Shown here: piece by piece, positions 39,471 to 53,469 of the stretch
Numbering within the stretch: position 1 is the first letter of the stretch
How the letters are laid out: the number at the start of each line of letters is the position of its first letter
Assembly: GCA_973895155.1 (NCBI GenBank)
Contig: OZ316898.1
Location: 21,290,022 to 21,354,021 of the forward strand
Origin: Marsupella aquatica
Lineage: Eukaryota > Plantae > Marchantiophyta
DNA: 64,000 nt
Reading direction: 5' to 3'
The notes under the pieces: model-generated
What the model saw: only the letters and a program-made list of their open reading frames with translations
Databases searched by the model: none
What the model was told of the DNA's origin: nothing
Position numbers and translations under genes: made by a program

Positions 39471-42392
39471 TGTGGACTAGCTCAAAATAGGGTATGTAAG
39501 AAACTCATCATTTTTTTGCTTTTTGTACAAGGATAGTAAGAAATACATTTTAGCATTAGTAAAGTACTTAGGGTTTGCAACCCTAAGTCATTAAGGAAGG
39601 ATAGTAGGGAATCATGGAAGGGGAAAATATGTTGTTCTAAGAAGATGTAAAGGGATAAGTGAGGTCTTTATGGTAGGGCAGCAAATATTCTTTCCTTAGT
39701 TAGGATAGGCGACTAAGTTGGGACCGGAAAATGACCCAACACCTGACATCTCATTTTTGGCTAATATTTCTCCCATGGGTGCGGGGAGGTCCCTAGGGAA
39801 CCCTAAAAAATTATGAAGTGAAGTAGGGTCTCAACCTAGGAATTGTGAGTATTTTGGCTGAACTTAAAATAACCATCTAGCGGGTCCCGGAGAAATTAGC
39901 CAAGGGGTAGATATTTTTGGTTCGAGGTTAAAATTGGGTATAGTATAGCCCATAATATCCCTTGAAAGTCTAAGAAGTAGTTTATCAACTTTGGTTAGTT
40001 TTTGGGAGCACCTCAAAGATTGGGAAAAGTAATGTAACCTATAGATATAGGCAAACTTAGGTATTTTTAGAAAAGTCAGTGCGGGGTATTTAGTGAGTTT
40101 GACAAATTCAGGATCCCATAACTATGCTCAGAAGTTCTTTTAGACCTATGGGTGATTTTTGGCATGGCTTTAAAAAGGGCTAGTACAAATTTTTCTCCCA
40201 CGAGAGAACCAAATTTTTTTCTAAGTGTGGAAACGCGACGACGCGGCTGCGACGAGGCTAGCACGAGGCAGGAAGGAGTCTAAGCACGAGGGCGGCTACG
40301 AGTTGAGTGATTAGACTATGAAATCACATGGTGAAAAATCTATGGTGGGCTATTGTTGCTCCAGCACGAGATCGGCTAACTTAGGCAATGTGAAATTGAT
40401 GCAGCAGCTGTCTAGTAAACGTGATCTCTGCCTGGATGCTGACAAATTGAGAAAGGGCAGGCACTACATAGGCTATAGAGCTTGCTGCCAAGGAAAACGT
40501 GGATGCTGCTGGCTGATTCACTCTACTGGCTGATTCAATGTGCTGGCTGATTCAATCTGCGGGTAGGTAAGCTTGTGCTGAGTAAATTCAAAAGAGAATG
40601 GCTGGCAATTGAGAATCCATGTGCTGAGCATTGACCAGCTGCTGCAATTTACAGCAGTTGTGAGCTATGGCTACTCCTGAGCAAATCAATCACAATCCAA
40701 CCCAACAATTAGAAGGGACTCAGTCATAAATCAGAGGAGAAGCTACTGCAAAAATCAGTCAAGCAATTAGTCAAGGAATCATCCTCAAATCAGCTGCACA
40801 ATCAGGCACGATGCTAAGCTCTATAGCTTCTGGAAAGACTGGACCTTATGAGGAACTCTCTCAGGTCGACACCTGGTATACACATAAGTGTAAACCGGGA
40901 CCTATGACAGTGTAATTCAGAGCCCTTTTGCACATAAGGGATTGAGAGAAGGAAAATGCCATAACTAGGGGCATCCGTTGGGGCCCATATTTTTTGTGTC
41001 GATTCAAGGAAAGGTGAAGCATCGTTGAGTGAAGGTAGAAACCCAGGAAAAGAAATACCCAGAGATATTTTAAACCGTCACCATGGGGGGTCCCACTAGC
41101 TTGCAAACGGGAGCTGCCAAGGGGGAATGAATACCAGATGTAGGGCCAAACACTTTGGGTACCCATACCACTTTAGTAAGGCTCTAGGGAAGGGTACTTA
41201 CCTTTGGTTGAAGGTGCAAGGCCATCAAGTTAATAGAAGTGAGTATAGAGGGTAGTTTGCTTAGGGTAGTATAAGGGGTACAAGTCAAATAAGGCCAACT
41301 TTGACTAGGCATAACTTTGGACTCAAGTACTCTTTTTGAGAGCTTTCAAGTGCATTGGAAAGCTGATGAAGAGGACCATAAGTGGGAGCAGGTTTGGAGG
41401 TCAAAGCATGCAACTCATATGTGGCATATTCCAGGGCTTGGAAGGAGTCAAGCAATAGGTTGTAGAGTGAGCTATGAACTATAGTTTGGACTTGGTGTGT
41501 TAGGAGGACTTGGGGGAGGTATAGTTGGACCCCAGGTCAAGCTTGGTGTGGTGTGAAAGGAGAAGAGTATATAAGGTGGAAGATTTCATTTGTTGAGGAC
41601 CAGAAGTCTCATTCTTAAGTGTAAGCTCTACCTTGCAAGTTGGGGCTAAGATTGAGAAGGGGAAGGAGGTCCATGCTTAGTGTGGAGAGTGTGTAGTGAC
41701 CTTTTATGTAAGGATTGAGTATATAATAAAAGAATTCTTCCAAACTTCATTGTGACCACTAAGTGTGACTAAATGTGAAGTGTTTGAGAGCAAGAGAAGA
41801 GTCCATGCTAGGATGCAATCTTGGTCTAATCGTGAAGGGGATGTGCTGGTACACAACCAAGGCCAGGGAGGCAAGGTTAAGGTGGAGCACTACTTTGGGG
41901 TTTAGAGAGGATTGTATCTTGAGGGTGGAAAGTACCTTGCTTTGTGTGAGAACCAAGAGGAAGAGTTCTTTGCAAGAAGAGTTTTTCTAGAGCTCAAGGG
42001 GGTGTGTGGACCCAAACCAAGGCCAGGGGGGGCAAGGTTAAGGGGTAACACTACCTTGAGGATCTTGAGGGGACTTAAGCTTGAAGAGAAGAGTACTTGG
42101 GGTTCTTGGGTGTTTGTTTTAGGGTCTACTCTAAGGTGACAGCTTGGAGTGGATATCCCCCTTGCTAATCCTTGGAGTAGAGGAGAGAGAAAGAGTGGGA
42201 GTGCAAAAGTAGTCAAGGTGACTACCTCTCTAGAAGTGGAGAGTTGAAACTACTTGTGTATGGTGTACTTAGACCTTGCATGCACATTTCAGAAGTTTTG
42301 TCAATCCTTTGTGACCCTGGTATGACATGGAGCAAGTATTAGGTAGTTTTTTAGGGGAAAAGATGCTTAAGCTCCTTGACAAGTGTTTGACA
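39471..42392 (+). mobile_element. Probable large solo LTR (~2.9 kb)
   Basis: TGT...ACA termini with 5-bp direct repeat CTATG (39466-39470, 42393-42397). TATATAA near 41568. Internal ~50-bp repeat (~41855, ~42015). No coding capacity. Confidence 0.55.
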
Positions 42393-44819
42393 CTATGATG
42401 CAGGCCAAAGTTTTTGCCATGTTCAGCTCATACCTCCAGTCACTCAACAACCCAGACAAGGGAAGAGGTCGCTCGGTGAAAGTTACTCTCTCTGTACATA
42501 TTGTTTCGGGGCAGTTTGGTCTCCATTTCCTCCTACTGATGAAAAATTAAAGGTTTCCGTTCCCACTTCCAAACCACCTTCCCTTGAGTCCGAAGGCAAC
42601 TGGATCATCCGCCTTCGGTTTTGAGGGGTACCCTAAACACCTGCCCCTCAACCGTATGAAAACGTCTCTGATACAGACTGCTTTAGAGCTATTGTCTTCC
42701 GAGTCTCCAGGTAGGTCAATCAATCTCCAAATTTGTACTTCTCAGGTTGTCGGCGGTATCCTCTTCCCTAAACGCCATGGCACTACTTCTGAATGTTCTT
42801 CTTCTCCTACACTCCAACAACCGCCTTTGCTGGTTCCATTCATCTTTGTCATCGATACCTCCGGAGTATCTTAGCTTTGTTCACATCTCCTTCGAATCAA
42901 GCCTCGTCACGATAGGCGTGACCTATATCTTGGCCGGATGAAAGTGGGCGGGGCTTCTTCCGGAATGTCAAAGGTAGCCCACCCTATCCCGACAAAAAAG
43001 CGGTAAGCTGGAACTGACCTCATTTCTCGACGAGTTCTAAAACGACTCCGCCAGGGTCAAGCCAAGATCCATACTACAGACGGTTCAAACCATCCACGCA
43101 CCTGGCTAAGTGGCATCGTTTTCTGGCCCTCAACATCAATCAATCCCCTTGCAAATTTGATGACAAGCACAATAAAGGAGATTTAGTAAGTAGGTCATTT
43201 GCGAATTTGAGGCAATGATGAAATCAGGAGCAAAAGAAGGGGAGAAAAATAAACGGGAAAACAGGGAGCGGATCAAAGCAAAAGGGGGGGGGAGTGACCT
43301 CCTCCGTTATCCACAAACTCTGTCTGCATCCTGTTTGTGAGTGACATTTGAAAGAGACTACAAGGGGCTGAACAACCGTACCGCAGACATTCATCCACGT
43401 ACGTACAAGAGATCGAGCTACAGTAGAAAGAATCATTCAGTTTAGGGCCAGCGAGATATGAGCGTGTACGTTGGGAAATTGATCTCATCAAGCCGTTCTC
43501 AAAATCAGGGCTGTGCATGATAGCCCAATTACCGGCTCGCGTGATGAGAAAGGTCTGGAGGTCAAATCTGCGGCAGATGAAGTCTACAGGCCAAGTACAC
43601 TCGTTCAGTGAAAATTTGCACGAACTGAACATGAGGGTTTAGTAGGAACCTGGGAACCCGGCTCCTGGAATGAAACCCTCACGGAGCTAATCTCATCACA
43701 AATGCCTACAACAATAGGTTGTTTTCTACATTAAAAGTTGCGTGTGGTCGCTATGGAATGGTCGTCATTGTGGTCAGGCGGTTCACAGAGGGCTACGACT
43801 TTTGATCTCAAGAAAGAGTACAGTTTGCCAAGCATTTGAGCATTTTCTTTGCAGACCATTCGCAATTTCAAAACTTGCACTTGGCCATTGCAAAAGTTTT
43901 GGCATTTACCGGGGGAATGTGTTCATTTTAGGCTTCCGTTGTAAACACACAAGGTCAAGGTCCTAATTTTGACCCAGGTTACAACAGCACCACACCTTCC
44001 CATCACCCTAAACCCCCCAATCGGGCCCTCCGCACCGCCCCCCCACCACACCCCAACCGTGCAAATCATATATCATCGATGCAAACCATATATCCATCTC
44101 TCTATCTTAATCCAACTTGGGTACAGTGCTCAGATTAGCAATAAGATGTTGGTATGGAATTTATAGGCAGAAATTTGCCAGGCCCATCCTTACATGACAG
44201 TAAAGTCCATATATAGTAGTGAGGCAAATGTTTCTTAAAAACCAAACCCTCCCGTAAATGTTGGGCTGCAAAACACCCCTCCAGCTCACAAACCTTCCTA
44301 TCCTACTTAAGTAGTATAACGTGCGGGGAGCCACAGGCTTTTCGGGCGAGCGTCGTGCAGGGTCGACAGGGTGGTTAAATAATGAGTTCATAGCAAAATG
44401 AGTTTCAGACACTGGACTCAGCGGATCGAGCAATCTTCGCTGGCCCTGGAGCCGCACACCCTGATCCTACCTTGTGCTTCATCACGACGTCCTTCCATCA
44501 TTCACCTAAATTGTCCAAGCTTCGGTGCAGCCTCATAGCTTCCAATGCTGGTGCCGGATGGAGAGCCGCTTGAATGCCTACCACAAGATTGTCCACTGCG
44601 GCCAGCTCCTCAAACCCGCCTCCGCTCCTGAAGAGAACAACACCAAACAAATGAAGCAACAATGACACTGTAAAGGCTTCAAAGGATCATCCACCCCAAA
44701 TTCTCAACCTTAAAGACGCCCAGGCGCCAGCCCTCTACTTAATTGTCACAATGCAATCGTTCATTTGCCCTCAACAAACTCCTCCACTCGCAAACCCAAC
44801 TCCTGTAACCAATTCAAAT

Positions 44820-45630
44820 CATCAATCATCAAGAACTATAATACAATGTTCCGCCTTTTCGTCTTTTGAATTTGCAGTGTCCAAAAAGTAATGAATGGAC
44901 CAAATAGAAGGAATAAACATAAATAGAATTATATTTAGTGTGAGGGAAAGGGTGACACGTTTTCCAAGTAAGAAATGAAGAGTAATGAAGTACTTCCTAG
45001 ACCATCTATGCATAATACCATCCATCCCTAGGAAGTCATCCATGCATAAGAAATACTCCTCTCCATGCCTAGACATAGATATCATTATATCAAGTACCCA
45101 CATGATCATCGGTGTCATAAGAAGAGTCATACTGATTACAAATCTACTCACTATAATATACTATCCCGCCCTTTTTGACTTATCGTCTGCTTACAAAATG
45201 CAGTTTTGGAGGGAACTCATTATGACCCTTGGATTTAAGGCCTAAATATTCATGTCCATGAGACTGGGTGCAAGGAAGAATAAAGACTCTCCCGTAGCTT
45301 GGGACACGGATGCGCTTCCACCCACACCTAGACTATGGCACTAACATCCATAAAGGAATTCTAAAATCAAGGTGACTGGAAAAATTCAAGGTGAGTTGAC
45401 ATATGGCTATAATGGGTAGGTGGGTCTATTAAGAGAATCTAAGTAGACTCACATAATTTTTGGACACATCTTTTCCCTTGACAAAGAATTCTCATCAATT
45501 TTAATGGCAAATGGAAACCAGGAAAAAAACCCATAAGTGTAGAGTCATAATAATCATGTTCAAAAGAGACTACCTTAATATAGACCACCTTCATGAGAGG
45601 AGAAACATTTGGTTTTCTTTTCTCCAAAGG
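44820..45630 (-). pseudogene. Possible very old LINE ORF2 remnant
   Basis: Faint RT-like fragments (CIL*ADD near 45190; W..KY..GKRVTL) in the expected order. Heavily decayed. Confidence 0.25.
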
Positions 45631-46084
45631 TATGTGTTACTAATCAATAAAAAGCCATAGTCTTATTTTTGTAGAGATTTTATAATAATAGAATAATTTC
45701 ATGTTTTTGTTAGTTATTTAGTCAAGGTCTAGGGTTACAACATGTAACCATCTCGGGGGGGGGGGGTGTCACTTCCACGGAAGTGGCACATCACGTGCGA
45801 CAAAGTATAGGCCCATTTAAATGGGTGTGGTTGGAGACTTCCAAAGTTTGGTGGAAGAACACATAGGGCATGTTTTATTGACTGGTCAAATTTAAATAAC
45901 ACATAGGCCTTATTAATTGTAAAAAATATTTAAACTTTTTTGGGGTTTTTTGATAAAGAATGTCAATATTTAAAGAAAGAAAAGGTTTTGCAAAAAACTA
46001 TTTTTCACTTATAAGTTAGGGGGGTCAAACCCTAAAACGTCGCCCATGATGTATGACCCTCCATGTAGTGACCCACCTGAGGTA

Positions 46085-46396
46085 ACCATAGTTAGGCTAA
46101 CTTTAGTCGGAGACATGGTTAGGTTAACTAGGATGCACACTATATGCCAAGCGCGCAGTGTTTGCTTGGATATGTGGAACTTAGGCTCATTGTTATGATG
46201 CGGCCACTTGAGAGATGAGGAGAGCTTACACTGAGACTTGGTATAGCAGCCTGGCATAGAGTTCAGTAAAGCTCTCTTGTGTGTTCCCATGGATGTAGCC
46301 TCGAGGAGGTGATCAACCCACGTATGTCTTGTGTCTACTACTTGCGCATTGGATGTGTCATGTGCTTACTGTTGCGATAGGTGTCTATGCTCAACA
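46085..46396 (+). mobile_element. Truncated copia-family LTR, inverted relative to the 11105 element
   Basis: Reverse complement of the TGTTGAGCATAGA... LTR, ending GCTCAACA at 46396. Confidence 0.8.
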
Positions 46397-46847
46397 GTTT
46401 TGAGAATAGTTGTTATTGCTTGAATGTATGAGTGACTTTGAGATAATGCTTATGATCTTTTTGGTGTGTATTCAAGGAATATTTTCTGACTAGGGCCTAC
46501 TTAGGGGGAGATAGACTCAAGTGGGATCTTTTTCTAAGACTTGTCATGGTGACTATGATCAAGGTAAGGTTTGTATCATTGCATGTTTTTTATGACTAGC
46601 ATTTGTGTTGATTTGTTTAATTTACTTGAGAAGGTACGTACTTGATATTTTGTCCATCCAATTCTTGACATGAGCAATTTTGTGTGAGTGAGTTGCCAGA
46701 CAAATGTTGGCTTCACTAAGAAACAACCCTAGTTTCATCGAGGATTCTCTCTCTTTTCCCCATTCAATTAGCGTGATTGCTAGAACTGTTCTCTTATAAA
46801 GCTAAATCAAAGCATGCAGTCTATTTTATGCTTTAAAATCTAATTTT

Positions 46848-47012
46848 TGTTGAGCATAGACGACACTCGTAACGGGAAGCACATGACACATCCACTGTGC
46901 AAGTAGTCGACACAAAGAGATACGTGGTTCACCTCCTCGAGGCTACATCCACGGCAACACACAAGAGAGCTTTACTAAACTCTAAGCCCGTCGGCTATAT
47001 CAAGTGTCCATA
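46848..47012 (-). mobile_element. Truncated copia-family LTR fragment
   Basis: TGTTGAGCATAGACGAC...CTAAGCCCGTCGGCTATA matches the first ~165 bp of 11105-11489. Confidence 0.85.
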
Positions 47013-47509
47013 ATATTGTTTATTTTAAAACAAATGATCAAAAAGGTTTAAATATAGCATTGTACCCGAGAACCCTCACTTCTTTTCTTCCTACCCATCA
47101 AGCGCGAATGTAGAAGGATTTTTTATTGGGTTTAGTGAAATACGGGGTGAAATACTTTTAAATTTTTGTTCCAGAACATTAGGGTTATTTTAATCCAATA
47201 TTCAGATTTCTAAGAATCATAGGGTTTAGGGTTTGGGGTAAAAAATTTAAGTTAGGGGTTTAGGGTTTAGGGTAGACGAAAGTGAGACGCGCAGTAGGCA
47301 GAGTGCTAGTGAAGCAGAGATGCAGGGCCAGAGCGTCACGGAGGGAGATGTGTGCAAGCATGTGGAGACCGGGTCGTCCGATGACAAGGAGCATTCAGAT
47401 GGACGTTTGTGTGGGGAAAGATCTGGGCATACCACGCAAACCATTCACTACGATCAGGCGGCCAGTTCGCTGTCAATGGGCAGCAGGATGCCAGACTGCA
47501 TGCGAGTTG

Positions 47510-50500
47510 TGTAGTTTGCCATAGAGAACCAAAAATCACATTTTAAAGTCTCCAAACTCGGTATTCGTTCCCTTTAAGAACAAGATGGGGTTGGTTTGAT
47601 GTAATAAACTAAAAACAAAGCTTTAAGCTCTTGTGTCACACATAGTAATCAATCTTGACTACTTTAATCAGGTACTTTGAAGATCGCTCCACAGCGGTGA
47701 GTAGTTTTTGATGATAACTCAACATCAGATAACCTTCAATTAAGCAAAAGATTGCAATTAACAAAACACAAGGAAAAATCTCTCAGAGTATGCTTAAGGG
47801 AGTCTGGAATAGACCAAGGTTACTCCTTAGACATAAGTAATAATGGAATGACTTTAAAGGGAATCCAAATCCACACGGCTTTTCAGATCTAAACTGCATA
47901 CTAGAGTATCCTTTTAAAATGCCGGCAACATGTCTTGACCTTTCTTCCTAAGTGATACTTAGTCAAGATCTAAAAGGATAAATACTTCAGCATTTAGATG
48001 GTACTAAGCAACATGAAGGTGAAAACATCATTTCCAATGTAACTTAAACTCAATGAGTTAACTCTAAGAACTTGTGAGATTACAATGTGTCACCAAAGCG
48101 GAATCTGACATTATAATTCACGAGATTCATAACTGAGGTTTTACTTCAAGTATTTGGGTTCCAAAATACAAGAAGGAGGTAAGTCTCTCCAAATGTTAAA
48201 CCTGATCTCGAACTCATAGATTCATGATCAACTAGTTTAACACAAGGGAGAGGCAAAACTGCAAAACTTAACCATCTCTCTACACTAGGGGAAGAGGTAT
48301 AAATAGTGATGAACTACAGAATAAGAGGTCACAGGGTCGAAGAGACATGCCTCTTCATAACCCTCAAAAAGTCAAAACGACGATTCAATAAGTGGAAAGC
48401 CGAAAAAAAATGGCTAAGTATGAACTCTTAAACTCTTAAAAACTTAAACTCTTAAAAACGTAAAAACTTAAACTCTTAAACTCTTAATTTCGGTATACTA
48501 AAAATTGAGTAGATTCAACTATTTTTAACTTTCTACTCCTGGTTCGGAAAACTCTGAAATTTTTCCAGCAGGGTTTCCTAGGTACAGACTACAGCCTAAA
48601 GAAGTCTCATAGCTTTTAAAGCTCTACAACACATTTAGAAAAATTGGTAAAAGTACTATACTTTTCAATACTAGCTAAAAATATAGTCTCCTTCAAGCTT
48701 GTTGTCGAATATCATCGGGTTCGAGCAGCTCCACGTAGGTGACAGTCCGATTCTGTGTTACCTCCATCAGCTCAGTCTGACGTGGTGATCCTCGAGAGTA
48801 GGGTAGGCACCTTAGTTGTCTCTCAGGATACATCAAAGGCATTCGCTTCATCAAATAACAGGAATTTATACGAAGAGCTTCTCTGTATATCCCTAGTACA
48901 TCATAGTTGTTGCAGGTGGCAGCATATACTTGGGGATAGTGATGCAGAAACTCATCACTATTCATCATCCTGGAATAGAAGGGTCGAAGTCTCCATCTGA
49001 CATCCTTAAAATATCGGTTGAAATGAGCCAGGGTCTGAGTAGTGACATTATTCCAGATCCTCTGTTTCTCAGCTAGGGAACTGGTGGAAACAAGGACAAC
49101 CTTCGGCTCTCGTGGGATGTAAGAGTTCTGGTGAGAAGTGGATTTCTTACTCTGCATGAGAAAAGAAATCACAAAGTCCAGAGCGTAAGCTGCAAAATTC
49201 CCGAAATAGGCCAAAACCAAATCTGGATCTTCTACTTCTACATCCCCTTGAAGTAGCATCATAGCAAGGATGGGTCGGAAGTAGATTGAGTCAGCCCAGA
49301 ACTCATCAAATTGAGCTATCTCCACTCTTGAAGTTCCGAAACTTCTGAGGTCAAATATGTAACTGGCCTCAGTCTTCTTAAGGTAGTAGTATCTCCAAAA
49401 CTCTCCAATTGGGAGTCTGTTGGCCTGCATTATCTTACAAGTCTCCACGTACCTCTGCACTTGAGACTCTGGATGTCGTGTATATCTTTTCTCAATGACA
49501 GAATACCGGGGTGTTTGAGTAGAGGAGGTGACAACTGCCACTAAATTTGGATCAGATCTTAAGGTAGTGTCAACATCCTCAAATCCTTGCCTTGGTGACG
49601 ACTCGACAGAGTTGTCATAAGATCGGATGGAATCAAAATCAGAGGGTGGATCAGAATCCTCAGGAAGATCCTGTCTAACAGAAGGATGTTCATACTGTGG
49701 TTGGGTATAAATAGGTCCCTCGGTTGGCTCATAATTGGAATCTGGACTATAAATGCAGTCACCCGGGTTGGAAGGGCCTTTGAATTCTGTGTACTTCGGA
49801 ATTAAGTCACTAACCACAGAGATTATCTCCTCAGGTTCACACTGAAGCAATTCCAGTAGGTCAGTTACAATTGCAATACAACTTGTGTTTCCTATCCTTG
49901 AGACAGGTTCACTTGGCTCTGGAGGTAGATTCTGTGGGACAGTAGGAGTGAGAGCAACAAATTCTTCTGGTGCTGACCTCTCAATGGGAGAAGCGGTCCT
50001 GACAGGGGTTAGCTGATCTGGAAATGGAGAGGATAAGCTAACTGCCTCGGATCTCAAATCACAGACAACATCGTAGAGTTCAACATCACTGCAACCGAAG
50101 AGAGAGATTAACTTATCAATAAGCTGTTGATTTGACTCTGCTTTCGAAAAAGGGGGCATGGTGACTCCTCGTATGGCAGTAATAGTTGGTTCAACCACGA
50201 CTTCTTGTTGCTCAGGAAAAATCTCGTCTCCTTCAGCTTCAAGTTGATCTGCTCCACTGATTTCTCTTGGAGAGTATAAAATGACCTCCATGTTGTGTTC
50301 AGGGGGAAATTCCGAACCATCTATCGAGACATCCTCCATATTAACATCCTGATCAGTGGAATTCAGCAGAATGTCCTGTTCTGATTCTGCTACACTAATT
50401 TCTTCCTCAATGTCCAACTCGATCAGAAGTAATCCCCTTTCTGTTTTCTCCTCCGGATGTAAACAGTCATGTGCTTGATACAGCTGAGATAGATAGACTT

Positions 50501-51577
50501 GTAGACAAGTAGGTCTGCCTGCCTTCATACTTCTCACCTGATCGTGCATCACATTGAAAAGTAACAACGCCCAATTTACTTGAATAGCTCCACTGTGAGA
50601 AGCTACGATAGTATTCGCCAATGCCACAGGGCAGATAGTTGGTCTCTTCGGATGGAGAATGGGCACTAGAAATTCTAAAAGAATCCTCAAATCCGGATAG
50701 GTACATTGTGTCACATTCCAGCCATTGGTAGGATGGCGAATCCCTGAAAAGTAAGGAGTGGACAAATCTTTTTTCTTTGAATATAATCCTTCTCCATCTA
50801 AGGGACAGCGGAAGGCATGAGCTACTTGCTCAACTGTCCATAAACTTGGCCGAGCTCGAATGGTTTGTCGAAATTCAGGGGCAATCAGTGATCCTCTCAC
50901 AAAATCCTATAAATAAGAGTCGAGCTCCACATTCCAAGGGATTGCGAGTAGATGTTCCAATCCGAGCTGCTGTAACGATGTTCTCAAATTTTCACAACTG
51001 TCGGGCGCCAAAGGAATTCGAGCGACCACACTCTTAGGAATTGCCAGAGTTTGAACACGATACTGTGCATCAGCGTTCAAGTCAGCCATAGCTCAAATTC
51101 TGCTCACTGAGCTACGCGAAGAATTGTTTGGAGTCGAGAGCGATGAAAGATGCAGCGGAAGAGAAGTCAGGAGTGAGCGCCTATGTTCTGGATTCCTCCC
51201 CCTTCAAGGCCTGCTCCTCGTTTTGTTGCAAAGTCCCGTTGGAGTTAGCCGTAGCCTGTCACAATCGCGGGGCTCGCCAGTTCGCAAGTCGCAACTCTTA
51301 AAGTCGTAAAGTCTTAAAGTAGGGTTTACTCGTAAACCCTTAAACTCTTAAACTATTAAACACTTCAACTCTTCAACTCTTAAACTCTTAAACTATTAAA
51401 GTAGGGTTTACTCGTAAACCCGTAAACTCTTAAACACTTCAACTCTTCAACTCTTAAACTCTTAATCTTCGGCAGAGTTTAGTTTACTCGAGTTATCAGC
51501 AAATATAGTTTAACTACTTCAAAAATTTAAAAATTTTCCGGTTTTCTTCATGACTTTGGAATTACTGCCTATCTACA
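47510..51577 (-). repeat. 3' LTR of family B (~4068 bp) containing a long ORF
   Basis: Starts TGTAG directly after the PPT TTTGAGGAGAGGGCTA (51578-51593) and ends CTACA at the TSD. AACTCTTAA arrays at ~48420-48490 and ~51290-51465. Confidence 0.8.
48693..51089 (-). pseudogene. ~798-codon accessory ORF of unknown function inside the family B LTR, one in-frame TAG (50907-50909)
   Basis: 50907-51089 and 48693-50900 share a frame. Homologous to 30515-32891. Confidence 0.85.
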
Positions 51578-51606
51578 TAGCCCTCTCCTCAAACGGCGCC
51601 GTGCCC

Positions 51607-53013
51607 TCACAAGCCATTGGAGTGGGGTATATAATATTTCTTCACTCTGGATCCATTGATTCTGGTATCAAGAGGTTCTCCATTCAAGGTTTCCAAAGTT
51701 AAAGACCCATTAGGCCATACGGTAACAACTCTGTAAGGGCCGATCCAGTGAGTGTGAAGCTTCCCAGGGAAGAACATATACCTAGAGTCATACACAAGCG
51801 CCAAATCTCCTGGCTGTAGTGTCGGTATTTTTAACCTCTTATCATAGGCCATCTTCCGTTTATCCTGTTGTTGTATGGTATGCTGTAACGCTAGAAGTCT
51901 ATGTTCTTCTAATTCATCCAGAACTTCCAACCTAGTGTGGAAACTATCAAGTTCAGGTAACCTCTCAGAGATCAGAAACCGTTCAGTAGGTAGTTCAAAT
52001 TCAATGGGGGTAACACTATGCATACCAAAAGTTAAGTAGAAGGGCGTTCTCAAGGTAGTAATCTTTTCTGCAGTTCTGTAAGCCCATAAAGCAGAGTGGA
52101 GTTTGATGTCCCAATCCGTTTTATGTGCTTCCACCATTTTATTCAATATTTTTCCCATTAACCCATTAGCTCTTTCAGTCAATCCGTTAGCTCGGGGATT
52201 ATAAGGGGTGGTCTTTCGATGCTTAATCAGATATTTCTCAGTGATGAGCTCAATTGTCTCATTAAGGAAGTGCAGGCCTCGATCACTTACCAATTCCAAG
52301 GGACAGCCATACCGGGTAATAATGTTTTCAAATAAGAAATTGGCGGCTGTGGCAGCGTCATTCTTCCTAGTATGCTTAGCCTCCACCCATTTGGTGAGGT
52401 AGTCCGTAGCAAGAATGATATATCTGCTTCTACTTCGTCTAGCAGCAGGGGAAATGGGGCCAATAAAGTCTATCCCCCATTTCTCAAATGGAGATAGAGG
52501 CAAAATGGGAGTTAGAGGCCATTTTGATGTTGCAGTAGGCTTCCCTATTCGCTGACAAGGGTCACAGCTTTGAATGTAGTTATAAGTGTCCTTATGCATG
52601 GTAGGCCACCAAAATCCAGCGTCCTTAATTTTCTTAACAGTTGTATTTACGGCATAGTGTCCACCGGAGGCTTCAGTGTGTAAGGCTGAAATGACCTTTG
52701 GAACTTCTTGAGCTTCCAAGCAACGGTGAAGTCTCTGATTTGGCAATAATTTAAATAGAACACCCCTCACAATAGTATATGGTCCTACTTTGTAGAGGAA
52801 AACAGCTTTTTCTTCTGCATTCAACCCTGGTGGATAAATTCCGTGAGTAAGCATCTGAACAATGTCAAAGTACCTTGATTCCTCTCCTTCCAAATGCCAT
52901 AGCTGTTCGTCCGGAAATTGATCAGACAAAGGTTCGGCACTAGGATCTCCAGGCAATCGTGATAGGAAATCTGCATTCTCATGGTGTTTCCCGGCTCAAA
53001 CTTGTACCTCGTA
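51607..53013 (-). pseudogene. pol: Integrase of family B (plus last RNase H residues)
   Basis: YEVQV*AGKHHENADFLSR; HHCC; WGIDFIG, SDRGLHF, NGLTER; WIGPY. Clearly similar to 6-1874. Confidence 0.93.
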
Positions 53014-53469
53014 AACCCTTAAACTCTTAAACTATTAAACACTTCAACTCTTCAACTCTTAAACTCTTAAACTATTAAAGTAGGGTTTACTCGTAAACCC
53101 GTAAACTCTTAAACACTTCAACTCTTCAACTCTTAAACTCTTAATCTTCGGCAGAGTTTAGTTTACTCGAGTTATCAGCAAATATAGTTTAACTACTTCA
53201 AAAATTTAAAAATTTTCCGGTTTTCTTCATGACTTTGGAATTACTGCCTATCTACAAGTTGTCTACGATCAAATAAAACAAATTCAAGATTGCAGTGGAG
53301 TGTTTGCTTTCAAATTGGAGCAGCAACAAAGAACATGGTCGGACATGTGCTTGCGGAGGTTGGACATGTGCTCACGGAATGCAAGTTGGTGCTGAATGAA
53401 ACTGCCGTGTTCCATGTCAGTGCCGAGGGCCCGTGCGTGGGCCTTCTTTCGACCAGACAATAAAACAAA

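Larger units (their letters stand above)
47510..53256 (-). mobile_element. Ty3/gypsy family B element with a large internal deletion (most of 5' LTR, gag, PR, RT, RH missing)
   Basis: Termini TGTAG...CTACA. TSD AGTTG at 47505-47509 and 53257-53261. 249-bp direct repeat 51329-51577 = 53008-53256 marks the two LTR starts. Confidence 0.9.

Noticed and set aside
37270-44800. Many short ORFs (60-142 aa), plus antisense ORFs elsewhere in the track
   Set aside because: No recognisable motifs. They are shadows of real frames or chance ORFs.
47220-47272. Telomere-like TTTAGGG runs (also ~19450, 33260, 34545, 39320)
   Set aside because: Only 2-4 imperfect units: telo-boxes or repeat parts, not a telomere or fusion site.
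51329-53256. Integrase-only mini-element bounded by 249-bp repeats
   Set aside because: TSD and termini show the repeats are the starts of two LTRs after a deletion with TACGAG microhomology.
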